Shown here in pieces: positions 7,460 through 13,174 of a DNA stretch of 13,174 nt (positions within the stretch are counted from its first letter, which is position 1; the number at the start of each line of letters is the position of its first letter). The notes below the pieces were generated by a model. It was given only the letters and a program-made list of their open reading frames with translations, did not search any database and had not been told where the DNA came from. Origin of the DNA: a bacterium (GTDB lineage Bacteria; Muiribacteriota; UBA6191); NCBI GenBank assembly GCA_036339875.1, contig JAYZAC010000169.1, forward strand, positions 1-13,174, written 5' to 3'. The translations under genes were made by a program, and so were the position numbers.

Positions 7460-8167
7460 CTAAACCTCCTGATGAATTAGGGTTCCGACTGATTCACCTT
7501 GACAGATCTTCAAAATGTTATCATCTTCGAATATATTAACCACTCGTATCGGAATCTGACTATCCATACACATAGCAATAGCGGCTAAATCCATAATCTT
7601 CAATTCATCCTTTAGAACCTGCTGAAAAGTTAATCGGTCGTAGAATACAGCATTACTATATTTCATAGGATCGCAATCGTAAACTCCGTTGACTTTTGTC
7701 GCTTTAATAAGCAAATCTGCGTCAATTTCACTAGCTCTTAACGCTGCCGCAGGGTCCGTTGTAAAAAATGGATGTCCAGCACCACCTGCAAACAAAACGA
7801 CCTGACCATTTGACATGTACTCTAAAGCATTCTCGACATTATGAAGCTGTACATACACTTGTAGCCGAAAAGGTGTCATAACCTGCGCTTTGACGCCCGA
7901 ATCAGCAAATATATTTTGAACAGCTACAGCGTTAATTATTGTCGCCAACATCCCCATGAAGTCTCCTGGCACGCGCTTAATACCTGTTGCCGCACCTTGT
8001 ACTCCTCGGAAGATATTCCCGCCTCCTACAACCATACCAACTTGAATACCTAATTCAAGCACAGATCTAACTTGATGAGCAACCGAGCGGATTATATCAG
8101 CTTGAATACCTGTACCCTCGGAGCCACCTAAAGCCTCTCCACTTATTTTTAACAACACTCGACGCAT
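7460..8167 (-). CDS. pyrH: UMP kinase
   Basis: Motifs RVLLKISGEAL, VVGGGNIFRG, DFMGMLAT, PFFTTD, KATKVNGVY and IMDLAA. Located between tsf and frr. Confidence 0.97.
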   Translation of the reverse strand: MRRVLLKISGEALGGSEGTGIQADIIRSVAHQVRSVLELGIQVGMVVGGGNIFRGVQGAATGIKRVPGDFMGMLATIINAVAVQNIFADSGVKAQVMTPFRLQVYVQLHNVENALEYMSNGQVVLFAGGAGHPFFTTDPAAALRASEIDADLLIKATKVNGVYDCDPMKYSNAVFYDRLTFQQVLKDELKIMDLAAIAMCMDSQIPIRVVNIFEDDNILKICQGESVGTLIHQEV

Positions 8168-8184
8168 TAACTGGCCTTCTGGAC

Positions 8185-8209
8185 AAAAAAAAACGGGCCC
8201 GAAGGCCCG
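8185..8209 (-). terminator. Rho-independent terminator after tsf
   Basis: RNA reads CGGGCC-UUCG-GGCCCG followed by U9: a perfect 6-bp GC stem with a cUUCGg tetraloop, 12 nt after the tsf stop codon. Confidence 0.92.
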
Positions 8210-8221
8210 ACGTAATATTAC

Positions 8222-9145
8222 TTAACCTTGAACTGCCGCAGCAACTTCGGCAGCGAAGTCTTCCTGCTTCTTCTCGATGCCTTCACCGAGAACAAAACGG
8301 CTGAAGCTAGGAATACTTATTTCAGCACCAAGCTCCTTACCAACATTCTGAAGCAATTGCTTGATCTTCAACTTAGTTTCTTTGACGAATGGCTGCTCAA
8401 GTAAACATACCTCTTGATAGTATTTATTAATCTTACCTTGTGAAATCTTTTCCAGCATTGCCTCAGGCTTGCCTTCTTTGCGCAACTGTTCTTTATAGAT
8501 ATCAATCTCTTTATCAGTTTCGCTTGTCGGAACTTCGTCACGCTTTAGGTAAGTTGGCGCAGCAGCTGCAATATGCATCGCTAAATCAGCAAATAATTCC
8601 TTGAATTTATCATTAGAAACGATTGACTCATCGGAGACTTCCAGCGCCAACAACACACCTATTGAGCCTCCACCATGAATGTAGGAATGAACCACTCCTT
8701 TATCAACTCCATAGCGCACAAATCTTCTAGGTGTAATCTTTTCACCTATCTTTGCAATTGATGCCTGAACGAGATTATCAACTGTTCCTGTACCAAAACT
8801 AAGACCGAGAAATTCTTTCAAATCTGAAGGGTTTTGATCTCTTACTAATTCGGTTAAAGATTTAGCTAGATTCGTAAAATCTTCAGTTTTTCCGACAAAG
8901 TCCGTTTCACAATTAAGCTCAAGTAGCGCACCTGTCTTTGCATCAGAGCTTACTTCGGCTACCACAGCACCCTCTGCCGCAATTCGACCAGCTTTCTTAC
9001 CAGCAGATGCCAGACCCTGCTTACGAAGATACTCCACTGCCTTATCTTGATCGCCTCCAACTTCGGTCAGAGCTTTCTTACAATCCATCATCCCAGCACC
9101 CGTTTTCTCACGCAATGCTTTTACATCTGCAGCCGTTATACTCAT
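8222..9145 (-). CDS. tsf: Translation elongation factor Ts
   Basis: Motifs VKALREKTGAGMMDCKKAL, LNCETDFV, YIHGGGSIGV, LAMHIAA and GEGIEKKQEDFAAEV. AAAGGAG SD. Confidence 0.99.
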   Translation of the reverse strand: MSITAADVKALREKTGAGMMDCKKALTEVGGDQDKAVEYLRKQGLASAGKKAGRIAAEGAVVAEVSSDAKTGALLELNCETDFVGKTEDFTNLAKSLTELVRDQNPSDLKEFLGLSFGTGTVDNLVQASIAKIGEKITPRRFVRYGVDKGVVHSYIHGGGSIGVLLALEVSDESIVSNDKFKELFADLAMHIAAAAPTYLKRDEVPTSETDKEIDIYKEQLRKEGKPEAMLEKISQGKINKYYQEVCLLEQPFVKETKLKIKQLLQNVGKELGAEISIPSFSRFVLGEGIEKKQEDFAAEVAAAVQG

Positions 9146-9175
9146 GATTTGCTCCTTTAAACAGTGCCGAACTGA

Positions 9176-9901
9176 CTAGTTAATATTCACTTCTTCTTTT
9201 TCTTGGGTAGCTCGGTTAGCTTCCGTACCTTCGATGATCGCATCAGTAAGATAATTCACGATAACCTTAATAGAGCGTATAGCATCATCATTACCCGGAA
9301 TCACATAGTCTATTTTTTCTGGGTTACAATTAGAATCTGTGATAGCCACAATAGGTATACCTAGCTTGTGACATTCATCAACTGCAATTCGCTCTTTACT
9401 AGGATCTACCATAAATACCATATCTGGTACATCCTCCATATCACGAATACCATTCAGGTTACGACCTAAGTTAGCCAGCTCGCGCATACGCTTAGCACGC
9501 TCTTTCTTTCCAAGAAGATCCATGTCACCATTTTCTACCATTCGCTCTAATTTTTTGAGATGACTGATTCGTTGACGAATAGTTTTGAAATTTGTCAGAA
9601 ATCCACCTAGCCAACGAAAGTTTACGTAGTTTACGCCGGCTCGCTCAGCACCTTCTTTGACAATTTCCTGTGCTTGTCTCTTAGTAGAAACGAAAAGGAT
9701 ATTACCACCTTTACTTGCAACTTTCTTGATTGCTTGGCATGCTTCGCCAAGTAACCTAACAGTTTTTTGAAGATCCAACACGTGAATTCCGTGCCGAGAG
9801 GTATAAATGTAGGGAGCCATTCGAGGGTCCCATTTACGTGTTTGATGACCGAAATGCACTCCGGCCTCTAATAAATTCTTTATAGAAATTTTAGCCAACA
9901 T
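9176..9901 (-). CDS. rpsB: 30S ribosomal protein S2
   Basis: Motifs LLEAGVHFGHQT, RWLGGFLTNFKTI and IPGNDDAIRSI. AAAAGGAG SD. Confidence 0.99.
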   Translation of the reverse strand: MLAKISIKNLLEAGVHFGHQTRKWDPRMAPYIYTSRHGIHVLDLQKTVRLLGEACQAIKKVASKGGNILFVSTKRQAQEIVKEGAERAGVNYVNFRWLGGFLTNFKTIRQRISHLKKLERMVENGDMDLLGKKERAKRMRELANLGRNLNGIRDMEDVPDMVFMVDPSKERIAVDECHKLGIPIVAITDSNCNPEKIDYVIPGNDDAIRSIKVIVNYLTDAIIEGTEANRATQEKEEVNIN

Positions 9902-10003
9902 ATTTTCTCCTTTTGGTTAGACTTTCTGGGGCATAACTTGCGAATCGAACCTATCGATCACCGAGCGAGTTACAAATATTCCCAAAAATGGCTTAATATA
10001 AGG
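9902..10003 (-). ncRNA. Structured rpsB 5' leader (candidate S2 autogenous operator, t44-like)
   Basis: Nested stem: UUUUUGGG (9988..9981) with CCCAGAAA (9930..9923); UAACUCGC (9972..9965) with GCAAGUUA (9941..9934); GAUCGA with UCGAUU around a UAGGU loop. A downstream UAACC (9919..9915) just before the SD could pseudoknot with the loop GGU(U). Confidence 0.6.
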
Positions 10004-10009
10004 GGTCGC

Positions 10010-10038
10010 AATATAAAAAAAATGCTCATTAAAGTCAA
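10010..10038 (-). promoter_or_regulatory. Sigma70-type promoter for rpsB-tsf
   Basis: TTGACT (10038..10033), 17-nt spacer, TATATT (10015..10010). Followed by a GC-rich discriminator-like GCGACCCC and preceded by an AT-rich UP-like tract. Confidence 0.75.
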
Positions 10039-10081
10039 ATTCTGAATCATTAAAAAATAAAATTTCTCCGATTAAAAAGGC

Positions 10082-11875
10082 ATGAATCGTAACCGAGTCA
10101 GGATTATACTCTCCTCATTAGCAGGTATCTTCATGTTCAATTTATTCACGGGATGCGGAATAGAGAATCTTGAAAATCGTCAACCTGCCAGTTCCAACTT
10201 GAACAGTGCCTTAGTTTTCGGTTCATTATTTAATGCTGATGAAGGTCAATATGTAGCCCAAGCAAAAATACAGATTTTGCCTGGTTTCATTGAAGTTGAC
10301 TCCGATCAAGATGGAAATTTTATATTTGAAGATGTTGCTAGAGGTGAATTTCAAATTTTAGCCCGCAAGGGTATTTATACAGCCTCAACATACGTCAGTA
10401 CCATTTCCACTGATTTTGTGAGTGTCGACATGACTTTTGGAACGACAGATTTAAATCATAATGATTTAAGCTTTGCAGAAAATAATTTTTTTCTAACTAA
10501 AAAAATTCAAGATAAGGCGTCTCCCGAATTTTATGCACTGCTAATAGATAATATTAATAGAAGTTTTATCGAATATGGAAAAATAGACTGGCATCCATTA
10601 AATCCGGATGAATTAATTTTTTCTGCAAAAGAACAAGATGGTAAATTTAGTATATACCAATTAAACCTAAAGACTAATCAGTTACTTAGTTTAATTGAAA
10701 ACTCTCTACTAGACAGTACCAATCCAAGCTATTCTCCAGACGGTACTAAGTTTAGTTACTTACAAAATGATCAAATTTTTATCTCAGATACCAATCAAAC
10801 CTCGAATCTAAATATTACTCGTCAACTAGTTAGGGACGGACGATTGATTCTAAGAAACTTATCGTCAAATAAAATAGTGTTAAAAATGCAGGAACGTAAT
10901 GAACAAATTAACCTTCCACAAGGTGAAGATCCACCAGAAATATTACCAGGTATACCAGTTCTTCCCATGGGATTTAATCCTGTAACCTTGACGGGCAATA
11001 ATGTTGTAGCAGTTGCTCAGTTTAGAAATTTACTTAATCGTTACTTTAACACTAGTTGTTTTGATAATTTAGGTGGTATTCAAGCATGCTTGAATACTAT
11101 CGATCAATTTTGTGATGGATCAAATAATCCTCAAGTAGACTATAGTGATTGTGCAACTATATTTGATCAACAGGGAGTTGCTGGAACGAATTATGGAGAT
11201 CCAAATAACTTCAGTCAAATAAGTTTCTTGGATGCTTTGAATTTTCCAGCTGAATGTCCAGTAGAAATGAAGGATCCCGTATGGTCAAGGTCTGGAAATC
11301 AAATTGCATTTTTGGCTCGTCCTACGGGTTGTTCAGCGCAAAGACCTAATGTTTGCGGACGCAGTTGTGATGATGAAGGATGGGATATTTTCTTGTCTCC
11401 AGCAGCCGTAAATAGAGAAACAGTTGAATTTCGTAATCGCTTTACAACTAATGAAATTGAGCGAATGGATAAGTTTCAGGTAATTCAAATAACTAACGAC
11501 CAATACATGGAACTTGATCTAAGCTGGGATCCATCTTCCAACGCCATTTTATATGATAAGGTAAGAACTGATATCAATGGTAATAACTTGTATTACCTTC
11601 AAAGCTCTAACCCAACAAGTCTTGGCTTTCAAACAAGAGTTCTTCTTAAAGAAAGCCCCGTAAGACATTACGCCCAAATAAGCCAAGACGGATCCAAAAT
11701 TGCGTTTGTAAGCAAACTCTACAACCAATTGAATCCAAAAAGATTTTCTCAAATCTACATTGCTCCGTGGAGTGGAGTAGTTGGTCACGAAAATCCCGTA
11801 ACTTTCTACAATGAAGAAGTTGAATTACGATATCCAAATTTTTACAAGGTCACTGAAAGAGCTTTTACTAAATAA
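10082..11875 (+). CDS. Lipoprotein with carboxypeptidase-regulatory-like beta-sandwich and TolB/PD40-like beta-propeller containing a Cys-rich insert
   Basis: Basic N-region, hydrophobic core and lipobox FTG-C25 (10154..10156). FGSLFNAD...SDQDGNFIFEDVARGEFQILARKGIY resembles CarboxypepD_reg. PD40-like repeats: NPSYSPDGTKFSY, DPVWSRSGNQIAF, LSWDPSSNAILY, QISQDGSKIAFVS. Confidence 0.75.
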   Translation: MNRNRVRIILSSLAGIFMFNLFTGCGIENLENRQPASSNLNSALVFGSLFNADEGQYVAQAKIQILPGFIEVDSDQDGNFIFEDVARGEFQILARKGIYTASTYVSTISTDFVSVDMTFGTTDLNHNDLSFAENNFFLTKKIQDKASPEFYALLIDNINRSFIEYGKIDWHPLNPDELIFSAKEQDGKFSIYQLNLKTNQLLSLIENSLLDSTNPSYSPDGTKFSYLQNDQIFISDTNQTSNLNITRQLVRDGRLILRNLSSNKIVLKMQERNEQINLPQGEDPPEILPGIPVLPMGFNPVTLTGNNVVAVAQFRNLLNRYFNTSCFDNLGGIQACLNTIDQFCDGSNNPQVDYSDCATIFDQQGVAGTNYGDPNNFSQISFLDALNFPAECPVEMKDPVWSRSGNQIAFLARPTGCSAQRPNVCGRSCDDEGWDIFLSPAAVNRETVEFRNRFTTNEIERMDKFQVIQITNDQYMELDLSWDPSSNAILYDKVRTDINGNNLYYLQSSNPTSLGFQTRVLLKESPVRHYAQISQDGSKIAFVSKLYNQLNPKRFSQIYIAPWSGVVGHENPVTFYNEEVELRYPNFYKVTERAFTK

Positions 11876-12031
11876 TGAAAATTTAGACCTACGAAGTTCA
11901 CTTGGTTTCCATCTTATTCAAATTTTATAGAAATCGGAGTAGGTATGAACTCTGCTCAATATTCATTCTTACTAGAAATTTTCTGATTAATAAGATCGAT
12001 ATCTGTACGATTTTCTCTCTATTAACAAAAT

Positions 12032-13174
12032 CTAAAATCGCTTATTATAACTCAATTTTAACTCGTTAAAGGCGCCATGACTAAGCTCATCATTCAATTT
12101 TTGTTCTTCCCAATTAAAGTCTACTTTGAAACTTCTTTGCCAATCTCTAGAGAAGGGATAGTCAAAACACACCTTAAACGATTGTCCCTCGTGATCCTGA
12201 AATTCTATCTCTGAATCATTTTTCCAATAATTGTAGCGAGAGAATACCTGCCCACGCTTAAATATTTGAGATGTAAGCTGAAGCGCGCCTTGTATTCTGT
12301 TATCAATACGCCCATTTAATAACTGTTGTCTATGACTAGAAAGTTCAACCACAGGCGAAATAGCACGTCCATTGAGAAAGAAATGCCCCTGAGTCGCAAA
12401 TCTTATCTGACTTTCCTTGTCAGGGATCAAACTTATATTTTTATCGAAGGATTCACGATAATTAAAACTCATATCAAATTTTAGGCGATGAAAAGTTTTG
12501 CTCATTTGAAGCCAATGATTGTTACTCTCCAAGAGAACGGTTAAGTCATCTGACTCCTCACGACTCTCGTCATAACCATAATCAGCATGAAAATTATTCA
12601 AACCCATAAAATTATTCAAATGTATCTGTATTCCAGGTCGCAAGGTTTCTAGAGATGCAACATTTAACTCTCTTTGATTTTCAATGAAATGACTAAATAA
12701 TTTCCAAGATCCCCATGATTCATGTCTCCTGATAAAAGCATCCATCTCTAACGTTGACGGTATAGAATCCCCTAAAAGACTGAAGTAATTTCTCTCAAAG
12801 CGCTTAAGATCAAATTCTGCATTTAATTCATCCTGTATGTAATCAATACCTAGAATGTAGGAGGTTGCCCCTTTATCTATTGATAGTTCATTACTATAAC
12901 TACGGTTTAGATCCAAAGTTAAAGAAAGCTGTCTGGAAAGTTTAGCAGCATGATTTATTCCAATGACTTGAGAGTCGCGAGATCCAAGTTGACGATTTTC
13001 TTTAGCACTTATATAGTATGCACCAATGTTTTTACCACTCTGAAAACTTTTATTCCATCCGAATCCGTAGCTTCGAATCCACTCTTCATGTTGACTACTA
13101 TTGCTCTGAAAATTAACCGGCGTAAATCCACCGAAAATACTTATTTCATTGAGTGAATTACCGTTTAGCTTTCG
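12032..13174 (-). CDS. Outer-membrane beta-barrel protein of unknown family, 5'-truncated by the window edge
   Basis: The frame stays open for 86 more codons upstream of the track's TTG at 12916, to the window end (RKLNGNSLNEISIFGG...SYGFGWNKSF...IGAYYISA...). Amphipathic aromatic beta-strands throughout; C-terminal LKLSYNKRF is a BAM beta-signal ending in Phe. Confidence 0.7.
   Translation of the reverse strand, partial: RKLNGNSLNEISIFGGFTPVNFQSNSSQHEEWIRSYGFGWNKSFQSGKNIGAYYISAKENRQLGSRDSQVIGINHAAKLSRQLSLTLDLNRSYSNELSIDKGATSYILGIDYIQDELNAEFDLKRFERNYFSLLGDSIPSTLEMDAFIRRHESWGSWKLFSHFIENQRELNVASLETLRPGIQIHLNNFMGLNNFHADYGYDESREESDDLTVLLESNNHWLQMSKTFHRLKFDMSFNYRESFDKNISLIPDKESQIRFATQGHFFLNGRAISPVVELSSHRQQLLNGRIDNRIQGALQLTSQIFKRGQVFSRYNYWKNDSEIEFQDHEGQSFKVCFDYPFSRDWQRSFKVDFNWEEQKLNDELSHGAFNELKLSYNKRF

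Noticed and set aside
7102..9147. Plus-strand ORFs 7102..7323 and 8938..9147
   Set aside because: Antisense to the conserved frr and tsf genes, with no independent coding evidence.
11549..11837. Minus-strand ORFs 11549..11788 and 11646..11837
   Set aside because: Antisense shadows within the lipoprotein gene.
11925..11986. Two mutually similar 13-aa ORFs on opposite strands (MNSAQYSFLLEIF and MNIEQSSYLLRFL)
   Set aside because: Their similarity follows from the inverted repeat, and they are too short to support without ribosome profiling.
12950..13156. Plus-strand 68-aa ORF
   Set aside because: Codon-aligned antisense shadow of the beta-barrel gene, whose frame is open through this region.
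1..13174. CRISPR arrays, tRNA/rRNA, IS elements, prophage or defence genes, recoded stop codons
   Set aside because: None seen. Intergenic gaps are at most ~180 nt with no periodic repeats, and all genes read normally in code 11.

Overview
AT-rich bacterial chromosomal window, probably from a diderm, since it encodes an outer-membrane beta-barrel, a TolB-like lipoprotein and type IV pilus PilM/PilN. I cannot assign the phylum. Most of it is a minus-strand housekeeping block: sigma70 promoter and S2 leader, rpsB-tsf, a strong intrinsic terminator, then pyrH-frr-uppS-cdsA, two tandem RseP/site-2 protease (M50) paralogues, a SpoIID/LytB lytic transglycosylase, pilM and the start of pilN. A Cys-rich beta-propeller lipoprotein diverges from rpsB and converges on a 5'-truncated beta-barrel gene. 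The most striking feature is the first RseP paralogue. It sits where dxr often lies, is full length and intact, but has HELGH replaced by YLLGR, making it a candidate site-2 pseudoprotease next to an active twin. Both twins share an unrecognised ~65-aa insertion in the PDZ domain. Other points of interest are a UMP kinase that appears to lack the basic GTP-allosteric residues and a terminator that can alternatively pair with the pyrH ribosome-binding site. No tRNA, rRNA, CRISPR array or mobile element was seen. All calls come from reading the sequence by eye; no searches were run.
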